Below are positions 1 through 12,749 of a DNA stretch of 64,000 bases, in pieces. The notes under the pieces are model-generated. The model made no database searches and was not told the DNA's origin. It was given only the letters and a program-made list of their open reading frames with translations. Made by a program: the position numbers and the translations under genes. How positions within the stretch are numbered: position 1 is the first letter of the stretch; each line of letters opens with the position of its first letter. Source of the DNA: the human T2T-CHM13v2.0 reference genome, Homo sapiens; NCBI RefSeq assembly GCF_009914755.1, contig NC_060928.1. One strand, given 5' to 3'.

Positions 1-1263
1 ATGTCAGATAGGTCACTCTTTGGGCCCCAGTTGTAGCAGTGGTGGGCTGAGCATGCCTGTCCTTTGGCCCCAGGGTGGTATATGCCGGCACCAGTGTTAA
101 TGGGTCCAGGCGAGTGGATTTTTGGGCCTCCAGATGGCTTACTTGGATGCCAGTAGTGGCGGCAGTGGGCCAGGCAGGTGGGCAGGTTCTTGGACCTCTA
201 GGCAGCTAGCATAGCATGGGCAATGGCAGTGGCAGTAGCAGACGACCCTTTGGGTCCTGAGTAGTGTGCATGGGTATTGGCAGTGGCTGTGATGGGCTGG
301 GCGGACCAGTCTCCAGGTCCTCAGGGAGTGCATGCAACTAGGTGCCAGCTGAGGTGGTAGCAGCTGAGTGGGTAGTCCAACCTCAGGTCCTCTGGAAGAG
401 TGTTCAGGTGCCAGTGGTAGTGGACTGGGCTGGGCAATGCTGTGGCCCCCAGACTATGTGTTCTGGCACAGCTGCGGGGGGTGGGGAAGCCAGGTTGGGT
501 AGGCATGTCCTCAGGCCCCCCATGGTGTGTACAGGTGTGCTAGCTGTGGTGGGGAGGGGTGGGGTGCAGAATGCGTGAGTAGGAGGTGGCAACAGCTGTG
601 CTTCTGCACTTCCACTGGAGAGGGTGGTGCTGCCTTTAGTGACTGGCGGCAGCCTAGGCTGGTGGATAGAGAACATCTATGCCCCTTAGATCTCGGCCCC
701 TGCAGTGCTTGTGCCTCAGCCCTGGATACAGTAGTCTGCTATCACTTGCACCTAAGTCCTAGGGCCTGCAGCCCATGCTTCTCTTGTTTTTCAGGACAGT
801 GTGAGATCTGTTGGGAGCAGAGCTCTGAAATGGCACCTTGCCGTATCTGCTTAGATCTCAGGGAGCATGTGGGACCCAGAGTGAGCTTCCTTTCTGGGGC
901 AGTGCCATCACACAATCTCCTGGCAGCTCCCTGCATTTGTTTCAGGGCCCATGAGGGTCCAGGGGCTCTCCTGTAGCTAGGATTGCAAGAGTCCACAGTG
1001 GGAATGTAGACTTCTTAGGGTCTGTCATTTACCTCTTTCCCATATTGGGAAGTCTCCCTTTGCCTCCCAGCTGATCCTGGCAGAGCAGGTTGCCTTGCTT
1101 CCTTCTCCTTCCTTGCTTTAGATATTTCCTGTCACTTTTCTGTTGGATTCCAGTGGTCTCTCTTGGATGATGTATTCGAGGTGTGATATCTACTCTTTTG
1201 GTTCTTCTTAATGGAGGAAGGGAGTGCGAAATGCCTCTAATCAGCCATCTTGAAGCCCCTCTC
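1..1263 (-). mobile_element. 5' UTR/5' end of an old LINE-1 (L1PB/L1M-type), antisense to the gene, continuing off the window's left edge
   Basis: GC-rich, CpG-depleted block ending in gcctctaatcagccatcttgaagcccctctc. Its reverse complement GAGGGGCTTCAAGATGGCTGATTAGAGGC is a typical L1 start with the YY1 motif CAAGATGGC (1244-1252). Confidence 0.7.
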
Positions 1264-1527
1264 TTAAGTTTTCTTTTCTAAGAGGCCATAGGTGACAAGA
1301 TGAAAGGTATCTCTATAACTGCTTGAAAAGTTAGGTAATCAGAATTATCTATCATATGTACTATTTAATAACACATTACTTAGCTCCCCTCCTCTCAGAT
1401 AGTACTGCTATTATATCTCTTTTCCAGAAATTTACACAATATTCTATGACAGGAGAATGATTCAGATGAGTGTTGTTCTTTCTGATAAAGTTCCAAGGAT
1501 ACATCTAACATAACCATTCTGGACCTA

Positions 1528-1862
1528 CACAGTCAGCTGTCTTTATCCCAGCTTCTGTATCCCAGGGTCCACATCCACAGATTCAACCAACTGCACTGAA
1601 AATGTTTGGGGAAAATGAAATAAAATGAAAAATAACAATACAATTAAAAATAATACAGATTTAAAAACAATATAGTATAACAACTATTTACATGACATTT
1701 ACATTGTATTTGGTATTTTAAGTAATCTAGAGATTAAAGTATACGGGGAGGATGTGTATAGAGTATAGGCAAATATTAGGCATTTTATATAAGGGACTTG
1801 AGCATCCGCATGTATTTTGGTATCCAAGGGATCCTGGAACCAAACTTCCAAAGGACAATCCT
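1528..1862 (-). mobile_element. MER2 (TcMar-Tigger non-autonomous DNA transposon)
   Basis: Reverse complement resembles MER2 (GGTTCCAGGA...ATACCAAAAT...GGATGCTCAAGTCCCTTATATAAAATG...CTCTAGATTACTT). Confidence 0.75.
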
Positions 1863-2669
1863 GTGCCATTTGTATGTTGTTTGTGTTCAGATGTTAGGGT
1901 TTTCTTACATTTTTTGTATTTTGAGGGGTGTTTTGGTACTTTTTTCCTTAAGGAAAGCTGTTATACTCACTAAAACATAAGCCACTGAAAAGCTGTCAAG
2001 ACTTAAGCAAGGCAACATTCAAGGAAGCCATTCCAAAAATAGTTGACCTAATGACCAAACTTGCAAAGTTTACAAATTATTTCAGTGATTTGACAGCATT
2101 TTATTTTGTCTTTCAGAGAGGGAAGATTCTAGTAATATAAATATGAATGAAAGGAATGCTAATATTTAAAACTGGAAACCATTGATTTAGATATTGAAAA
2201 CTAACTGGGAAAGTTAAAGGTCACTTATTCAGTGAAATGAACAGACTTGGAGACTCGGTTTAAAAATAGGAAGTAAATAAAAATTGAGTGTAAGGAATGT
2301 TTTCTTTTTGACTCTCTAAGTGTTCTTTAAAACAATATGTAGTTGAAGGGCGTTGTCCTGTGACAAGAGGTTTTAAGTGATATTAGGAAATGAGTGAATG
2401 GGATAAAGGCAGTTCATCTGTTTTGTACCAGTAGGAAATTACAGTTTGAGAACATATTTCTATTAGTGCGCTTAAACCGAAGCAGGTTCTGAAATAATGT
2501 TTTTTTAAAGCTATTTATTTAAATAAATCTTTTAGAAAACATACTAACTAAAATAAATTCTAAGTCTCCAATAAATTGCCTATGGCTGCTTACATTTATC
2601 ATACATTACAGTTAATATCGTTTCTGGAGGCTTAGTCCTAACCATATTGCTAGTTAATATCAAAATGAC

Positions 2670-3515
<846 letters not shown>

Positions 3516-4245
3516 AATTTATGTTCCATAGCTCAGGCAGTACTTCCTTCCTTCCTATTTTGTTTTTTATGGACTTAGTCTATTCTGAATTCTTCTGATA
3601 CTTAGTGTTTTTACTTTGGCACCATGTTCAATTTTTATGTTAATGTCTATCTTGTCTCCAATGAGATGGCAAGGAGTGTACCTTATCTCTTTCTCTGACC
3701 AAAAAGTCTAATGTAAGAATAAGCAAATATACATTAAATTATATTTCAAAATAAACCCGTTATTATTGCAGCTTCTTAATCTACATGGCATTGAATCATA
3801 AATCCTTTAGTTCATTCAACAAATTCATTATTTATCTATTCAAATATTTATTTGATCCCCCTATATCTCAGGTACTATTTCAGGTGCTGGGTATATAGCA
3901 GTAAACAAAATAGGCAACAACCCTGCTGTCATGATGTATAGTATAGTGAGGGGACACAAAAATAAACAAATATACACATAATATATCACTTAGTGGTCAT
4001 TGCTATGAGAAAAATAGAACAAGGTAAGGGGAATAGGGATTTCTTTTGTGGGGGTTGGAGGGGATTGCTATGTTGTATGTTATCTTTAAAGGAGCAAGCG
4101 CTGTAAATCTCTGATCCAAACCTCATATCCAAACCAGATGGTAAAAAGACTTTTAGTAGGAAATCTAACGTTTTGAGAGACCCATTTGAGACCCAAGACC
4201 AATATTTTTCTTTTCCTTTATAAGAGACATACTAGTTTATCTCTC

Positions 4246-4560
4246 TTTTTTGTTTTTTGTTTTTGTTTTTGTTTGAGGCAGGATCTGGCTCTGCTGCCCA
4301 GTCTACAGGGCAGTCGCACCAATTGGCTCACTGCAGCCTCCGTCGCCTGGGCTCAAGCCATCCTTCCACCTCACCCTTCCAAGTAGCTAGGACTATAGGC
4401 TCATGCCACCATGCCCAGCTGAATTTTTGTATTTTTTTAGAGTTGGGGTTTTGCCATGTTGCCTAGGCTAGTCTCAAATTCCCGAGCTCAAGCGATCCTC
4501 TTGTCTCAACCTCCCAAAGTGCTGGGATTACAGGTGTGAGCCATCACATCATGCCTGACC
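4246..4560 (-). mobile_element. Alu (AluJ-like)
   Basis: T-rich tail followed by an antisense Alu body ending ctcccaaagtgctgggattacagg. Confidence 0.93.
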
Positions 4561-7021
4561 AGTTTATCTCTTTGAAAGAAAGAGTTTGATTTGGATTTTA
4601 TGTACAGTAGGTAACCAATCATGTCTTGAGGTCTAGAATTCCTCAGATGCCTCATTTATTGAATATAGAGTGATGTTCTTCAGAATACCCAAGCTTGTAG
4701 TCTTTTGAGGATTTTCACAAGTGTTCCAATGACTGTTTCAAAGACCAGTTTATCTTTCAAATTCTCTTTAGCAGCCTTTCTTTGTTTATGAAAACATTCC
4801 TATCCCTACTGAAGGTACTTATTTTTAATGATCTTCCAGCTGGGCTTTTCTTGCATTTTTTGGTTTGTACTCTGTATATTCCTTACTTTTTGTATCAAAC
4901 TCATCACCTTCCCTTTAAAGCATGTCTTTTTTCCCACAGTTTTTGGTCTCTTACTCAGAAACTCTATTTCTACTAAAGGTGTCGTTTTATAAATTTTAAA
5001 ACAGATCTCTCCGACTTGTAAATTCTATCTAGTTGCCCTGTTTAAAGTCACTGGATATCAGAAGTTAATTATATGGTTAGTTTCCCATCTAGGCATGCTC
5101 TAATATAATTAAGATGGGGTTGTAAGTATAATAAGGGTGGAAATACTTATAATTTCATGACTTTGTCACTCAAAAAATAAAAATCACTCATCCTAAGTAA
5201 TATGAAAATACATTCTTAGATATAATGGTCAGTTTTACATATAAGAAAATAATCTTTCATCATTCCAACTTCTAGTCTCCAGAAGAGTTCTATTTAAAAA
5301 TTGGGATGAAGGAGAAAGACATTAATACTTGAAGTACCAGATGTTGTAGTGTACTTTTTGTATGTTGTCTATGAAGTAAGAATAATTATCCCTTAACATT
5401 ATCATGTTACAGTGAAGAATCTCAGCAATTCAGACTATTTGCCTGGGGTTATGCAGCCATTAAGTGACTGAAGCCAGGATTCAAACTCAGGTATATCTGA
5501 GCTGACTTCAGAGCCCACATTGCATCCATTATATCAAACTGCCTCATCAAATGATTGCTAGGTATTATTTTTTTGAAATAATGGATGCATTTGAAATCAG
5601 AGCCAGTTCTCAGACATTTTCACTGATGTCCAAAGTGCTAAACAATTTTGTTTGCCTTCTGAAACTCCACCCTGTATCTCTCAGTCCAAAAAGCATACTA
5701 AAATGCAACAAAAGAGTCACAGAGATTACCTTGAACCTACCGTAATATAAATACTTTACACACTGAAGTTGATAAGTGTTTTGCTTTCAACTACTATTAG
5801 TAACAAATCACTTTACACACATCTCACTGCCAGTGTGATGAAATCCCAGGTTTGAGAACTACAGGATAAAGGAGCCATTCCCAGACACAATCCCCTCCGT
5901 TTAATTTATTTCCAATAATAAATTAGTCACTAACTGGACAGATATTTGTTTAGCTAGAAAAAGGAAACCAAGCTGCAAAATTGGAGATTTAAGATTGAAT
6001 GGATAAAACTAAAATGGCTAAAACTAAGCAAAGATACTTATGACAGGGTAGATTTTTAGATTTCATAGACAGCCTACAAATGTTGTTAATAGACAGTAGA
6101 AGGTAAGTATATGGGTGTTTGCTTTTCCATTCTTAGGTGTTAGGATCTGGAGGGAATTTTAAAAACTATTTTTAATTTAATTGAACCAAATTGGCTTTTT
6201 TATACTTCAGTTTTTAAAATGCTTTAGTAAAAATATCTAAGAATAGTTTTAAGCAATGTAAAACTTGACCTTTCAGAATGGAAATTATATTAAATCCTGT
6301 GTACTTAATTTAAAATCACAGATTCTAATAAATGTTCATGGTTAACTAAAGAAGTTTAGTGATAGAGATTCAGCATGCTCTGGGCCTGGGTACCTAATCG
6401 TAATATAGTCCCAGAGAGTCCTCCAAAGATGATGCAAAGTAGAGAAAAGCATGACTCCATGGCCTAGCACCTAGAAGATTCTATTCATCTTTAGGAACTG
6501 TTTTGTTTCTATTCTTTATAGCCACCTATTTTCATTTGCAGCATATACCTTTTCTCAGAAGTATAGAGATGATGAACCAAGTTATCCTTACTGTATTTCT
6601 ATGACGTTGTATAAGTTAGTAAGTTCCTCATTGAAAACAGTGAAAAACTTAAGGAAAAAAAGGTAATTAAGGGTTGCTTATACATTGGTCAAGAAAAACA
6701 TCAAGTACATTTAAGGAGTACATTTAGAACATTAGAATCCAGATGGAAACTTCTTCAGCAAACATTCCAAAATAGGGTGTTTTCAAGTTATATTATACAA
6801 CATGTCACTTAACTTGTCCTACAATATTTTTACTTCAGTAGCAGAGTAGATATAATTGTTTAAGATTAAATCTTCTTGGCTAGTGATTTAATAATCCCTT
6901 TGCATTTTGGTTCATGATTATGGAAATTAACTTCTGAAAGGGCTTCTTATTTCAGTAGTATATATTATCTTAGCTATACCACTTCATTGTTATATTTAAT
7001 GTATGGCTATACCTTGAATTT

Positions 7022-7237
7022 TCATTAAAAGTTTGTATTTTAATTACTCTTAATTATTCTAAATTTCATCCCTTCTGTCTGTTCTTTTGGTCACCTCTCC
7101 ATCCTAAACTTTAGCTGTTGAATACTTGAGATACGGTGGTATCTTATGATTAATCTTGCCTCAGTTTCTAACTCTTCCAAGCTGTTCTTACATGTCTACC
7201 AAATTAATATTCTTTAAGCAATGCTTTAACCAAATCA
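7022..7237 (+). repeat. Local direct repeat, copy 1 (probable donor)
   Basis: Aligns to 9318-9534 with about 18 substitutions and 1 indel by hand count (~91% identity). Confidence 0.95.
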
Positions 7238-8799
7238 AGTAAACCCGTTACTCAAAATTTTCTAATTCATTTACCGCTATCTCTCAACATAGACCTTTAG
7301 CGACGTTGGCCATGGTAGCCTAGTTGCTGGCCTCCATGCTATCCCAATAATATGATAATGACTGCCCAGTGCTACCCACCCTCTTCCCTGAAAGTTTTTC
7401 TACTAGGTTGAAGATGAACCCTTCCTAACCCTATTCCATCCCTCCAGCGTTCCATATCATCCATGTTGGTCACTGATGCAGCTTAGAATCCATCTCTTCC
7501 ATTAAGACTTTTTCTTCTATTGAATGCACACTGATCATTTCCTCTTCTGAATTCTTAACTACATTATAAATTGTTGTATACTTTCCTCTTTGATTGCATA
7601 TTGCCTTCACCTGATTAAGATGTGTATGTTTTGTCCTAGGTTTAAAAAAAAAAAAAGGATAACTATCTTTGGAGAAATATCCTGGACCCCTGCTATAGGC
7701 TCTATACTTGTACCAGTACATCAAGAAAAGGTGTAATGGTTTAGAAAAAATATATAACAGTAGTTATATATATTTATGATCTAAAATCTGCTATCTTAAA
7801 CTACGATCAGTCTAAAAATTTAGCTTACTAGCTGTGTTTACTTTTAACTTGTCATAGCCCTGAAATTCCCATGAAAATTTAATAAAGGTAAATAGAAAAG
7901 TGATTTTATTGTAGATTTAATGCCTTCATTTCAGTTTGATTTCTCTGAAGTTCTAGTCATGTGGATAGGCCAGATTTAAGTCTACATTATTCATAATTGT
8001 TGCATCACTTGAAGCCAGCAGACTGTAGCCTCAGCTTTACTTCTTGGTGATTTTACAGTTTTACTTGGCCTTTTTGCCTAATCATTACTTAAGCCCTGAG
8101 ATTTAATTTACAAAGTTCTGGGAAAAAAAACTTAGAATATACTTAACTAGGATTGTGCCTTTTAAAGAACATTGTGCTTCTTGACTTTTTATACTTTTTA
8201 AGCTCTTAAGACCCAGTGTTGAATATTATTTTTATTATAATAAGGTTCTGTTATAGGCTAATTTGCAGTTAGGTTAACTATTATCATTGTGCAATGTAAA
8301 TCTAAGTAATTTTTGCTTACCTCACCCTGATTGAAGTCAGAGAAGCCCTCTTGAAATGGAAGGGAAATTAACATGGCAAGTGAATGATTTGTTTATACTG
8401 TGCATTAGCCAGGCTCATTGTGATTATATTAGGTGTCAGTCAGCTTTTACATATTAGACATGGAAATTGAATGATCTTAATTTTGCTCATTAAAATAATT
8501 TTTCTGATGTATCAGTAAGATTAAAATTTTTACATTGAATTTTAATATCTGCCTGCTGCTTAATTCCAGAATGATGAAAGTGTATTGTATGTGATGTACA
8601 CAATACCACTTAATACAAATCTTGCTGTATTTGCTGCTGATTATACATCATTATAGAATGCCATGATAGCATAAGGGAATACCGCATAGCAGAGAGAAAA
8701 ATAATCTAAGATTTGATTAAAAGGATACAATTATTCTGAACTGTTACGTCATGTGGGATTTTTTTACAAAGTTTTTTCTTTTATTTAAATCTTGCTAAG

Positions 8800-8908
8800 G
8801 ATTTGAAGCATTCATTACCATCTGGACTTGGTCTCTCAGAAACCCAAATTACATCTCATGGCTTTGACAATACCAAAGAGGGTGTTATTGAAGCAGGAGC
8901 ATTTCAAG
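8800..8908 (+). CDS. ARFIP1: Arfaptin-1 coding exon (DLKHSLPSGLGLSETQITSHGFDNTKEGVIEAGAFQ-G), 109 nt, phase 0 to 1
   Basis: Acceptor ...cttgctaag|GATTTG, donor CAAG|gtaaga. Translation matches the recalled human arfaptin-1 N-terminal region and joins in frame to the next exons. Confidence 0.95.
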
Positions 8909-9291
8909 GTAAGAGCCCATATATTTGTAAAGATGGCTGGGATAGAGGATGGGAGAAGTTCACCAAATGCTACCTTTATTAATAAAGCACAAGAATGGAG
9001 CCCTTTCATTCTGTGATAAAACATTGATTATAAATGTATTCCTTTTTCTCTTCAATTTAAGTAATAGAATTATTTGAGTAGTCTCCTTTATATAAACAGA
9101 TCAATGTACATGATATCACTGGTTATTATTTAAGAATAGGTTATAAAATACTGAAATAAAAACAAAAATTATGTCAGAAATGTAGATGTAGATTATTTTA
9201 ACTTGTAACCATGAAATTTATAAATCAATGTTGATTTTTATAAATACATATTTCTTATTTCAAAGCAAATAGAAAAATGAACTTTTTACGT

Positions 9292-10026
9292 TATATAGGA
9301 GGTCTCCAAGACCACACTCATTAAAAGTTTGTATTTTAATTACTCTTAATTATTCCTAAATTTCCTCCCTTCTCTCCATACTTTTGACCACCTCTCTATC
9401 CTAAACTGTAGCTGTTGAATACCTGAGATATAGTGGTATCTTATGATTGATCTTGCCTCAGTTTCTGACTCTTCCAAGCTGTTCTTACATGTCTGCCAAA
9501 TTAATATTCTTTAAGCATTCTTTTAACCAAATCAGCAATTTGCTAGGAGAATTCACAGGACTTACATAGTGACACTCATGGCTATGATTTATTGTAATGA
9601 GAGTAGCAAGCACGATCAGTAAAGGCAAAAAGTGCATAAGCTAAGTCTGAGGAAAACTAGGCATAAGCTTCCAAGAGTCTTCTCCCAGCTTAATCACACA
9701 GGAATTGCTTAATTCCTCCAGCAGTGAGACTGACAACATAGGTGAAATTTTGCTAACTAGGGAAGCTCATTTGAAACTCCATGCTTGGGATTTTTACTGG
9801 GGGCTGATCACATAGGTTTCTCCATCTGTTACATACCAAGATTCTAGACTTCCAGAAGGAAAGCAGGTAAGCAGCATAAGCCACATTGCAGGTAAACAGC
9901 TTAAGCACAGTGAGGCACTCGTAATCATTCTGGCAATGGAGGAAATCCTCCCAAAATTCAAGTTGCCGCATGCCAGCCTTTTTAAGGATAGCAGTTAGAC
10001 CTGCTGTGTTAACTCTTTTCTGCACA
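9292..10026 (-). mobile_element. MER21-family solo LTR, interrupted by the 217-bp insertion
   Basis: ccaagaccacactca / gctaggagaattcacaggac...aagcttccaagagtc...cagaaggaaagcagg...ttaactcttttctgcaca match the recalled MER21 consensus. Confidence 0.78.
9318..9534 (+). repeat. Local direct repeat, copy 2, inserted inside the MER21 LTR
   Basis: Same alignment; flanked on both sides by MER21-like sequence. Confidence 0.93.
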
Positions 10027-10336
10027 CATCTCATATCTATGTCTATTTTTAATAGAAAAATATTGGCTCCTTTCTTAATGCTTTTACTTGTGATAACTTT
10101 TTTAAACTTTTTTTTTTTTTTTTTTTTTTTACTCGAGTGAAAGTAAAGCCGTGTAAACATTTAGATGTGGGAAATAGATTTTCTGGACAGTACTGTAAAG
10201 TAGTAGCTACAGTTTATGTTCAGTTCAATTAAGCACATATTAATTTTAATGCTGCATTACATTTTACAAAATGAAGAAACAATTATGTCCATGCCTTTGT
10301 AAACCATAGCCCTCATGCAGATATTAGTATTCTGTA

Positions 10337-10691
<355 letters not shown>

Positions 10692-11075
10692 TGAAGTATA
10701 TTCTCTGCTATATGGGTCCTGGAAATAGACGTTTAGGATAATCCAGTATAATATCCTCTCCTTTAGGCTGTGAAATGAATGGACTGTCTACTGACATCAT
10801 TTTTTTCTCTTTTCATACTTATGTTTAGAAAAATAAAGGGAGCAATCACGTCAGTGTCTTAGTAGTCATTCTGAAGCATCATGGCATTCTTATATCAGGG
10901 ATAATTTTGAATTTGGAAGGGCTGACTGAGTACCTAAAACTAAGAGTGCTGAAAAACGTAAGGCTTACTTTGCATAATTTGGTACCATTTTTTGACTAAT
11001 CACCAATTCTAAAATTTAAATGTCAACATAGAATAAAAAACTAATTTTACTATTAAGATATTTTAAATATATATA

Positions 11076-12749
11076 TTTTTTAATTGATCATTCTTGGGTG
11101 TTTCTCGCAGAGGGGGATTTGGCAGGGTCATAGGACAATAGTGGAGGGAAGGTCAGCAGATAAACAAGTGAACAAAGGTCTCTGGTTTTCCTAGGCAGAG
11201 GACCCTGCGGCCTTCCGCAGTGTTTGTGTCCCTGGGTACTTGAGATTAGGGAGTGGTGATGACTCTTAACGAGCATGTTGCCTTCAAGCATCTGTTTAAC
11301 AAAGCACATCTTGCACCGCCCTTAATCCATTTAACCCTGAGTGGACACAGCACATGTTTCAGAGAGCACAGGGTTGGGGGTAAGGTCATAGATCAACAGG
11401 ATCCCAAGGCAGAAGAATTTTTCTTAGTACAGAAAAAATGAAATGTCTCCCATGTCTACTTCTTTCTACACAGACACAGCAACCATCCAATTTCTCAATC
11501 TTTTCCCCACCTTTCCCCCTTTTCTATTCCACAAAACCGCCATTGTCATCATGGCCCGTTCCCAGTGAGCTGTTGGGTACACCTCCCAGACGGGGTGGTG
11601 GCTGGGCAGAGGGGCTCCTCACTTCCCAGTAGGGGCGGCCGGGCAGAGGCGCCCCTCACCTCCCGGACGGGGCAGCTGGCCGGGCGGGGGCTGACCCCCC
11701 CACCTCCCTCCCGGACGGGGCGGCTGGCCGCGCGGGGGCTGACCCCCACCTCCCTCCTGGACGGGGCGGCTGGCCGGGCGGGGGCTGACCCCCACCTCTC
11801 TCCTGGACGGGGCGGCTGTCCTGGTGGGGGCTGACCCCCACCTCCCTCCCGGACGGGGTGGCTGCCAGGCGGAGACGCTCCTCACTTCCCAGACGGGGTG
11901 GCTGCCAGGCGGAGGGGCTCCTCACTTCTCAGAAGGGGCGGCTGCCGGGCGGAGGGTCTCCTCACTTCTCAGACGGGGCTGCTGGGCAGAGACGCTCCTC
12001 ACCTCCCAGATGGGGTCGCGGCCAGGCAGAGGCGCTCTTCACATCCCAGACGGGGCGGCGGGGCAGAGGCACTCCCCACATCTCAGATGATGGGCGGCCG
12101 GGCAGAGACGCTCCTCACTTCCTAGATGGATGGCGGCCGGGAAGAGGCGCTCCTCACTTCCTAGATGGGATGGCGGCCGGGCAGAGACGCTCCTCACTTT
12201 CCAGACTGGGCAGCCAGGCAGAGGGGCTCCTCACATCCCAGACGATGGGCAGCCAGGCAGAGACGCTCCTCACTTCCCAGACGGGGTGGCGGCCGGGCAG
12301 AGGCTGCAATCTCGGCACTTTGGGAGGCCAAGGCAGGCAGCTGGGAGGTGGAGGTTGTAGCGAGCCGAGATCACGCCACTGCACTCCAGCCTGGGCACTA
12401 TTGAGCACTGAGCGAACGAGACTCCGTCTGCAATCCCGGCACCTCGGGAGGCTGAGGCTGGCGGATCACTCGCGGTTAGGAGCTGGTGACCAGCCCGGCC
12501 AACACAGCGAAACCCCGTCTCCACCAAAAAAACACAAAAACCAGTCAGGCATGGCGGTGCGTGCCTGCAATCGCAGGCACTCAGCAGGCTGAGGCAGGAG
12601 AATCAGGCAGGGAGGTTGCAGTGAGCCGAGATGGCAGCAGTATAGTCCAGCTTCTGCTCGGCATCAGAGGGAGACCGTGGAAAGAGAGGGAGAGGGAGAC
12701 CGTGGGGAGAGGGAGAGAGGTGAGACGGGAGAGGGGAGAGGGGAGAGGG
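11076..12749 (-). mobile_element. SVA retrotransposon (SVA_C/D-like), near full length, antisense to ARFIP1
   Basis: SINE-R (ttgatcattcttgggtgtttctcgcagaggggg..., ~11080-11575), GC-rich VNTR (~11575-12300), Alu-like domain (~12300-12690) and (GGGAGA)n hexamer (~12690-12749). Confidence 0.97.

Noticed and set aside
139-996. Several overlapping ORFs and a GC-rich, promoter-like block
   Set aside because: Best explained as a CpG-depleted old L1 5' UTR; it is not a CpG island and shows no coherent coding signal.
11575-12300. Regularly spaced repeats resembling a CRISPR array
   Set aside because: SVA VNTR units with no unique spacers, in a primate genome.
11858-12592. 244-aa ORF and overlapping ORFs
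   Set aside because: They lie wholly within the SVA VNTR and Alu-like region; GC-rich repeats lack stop codons by composition.
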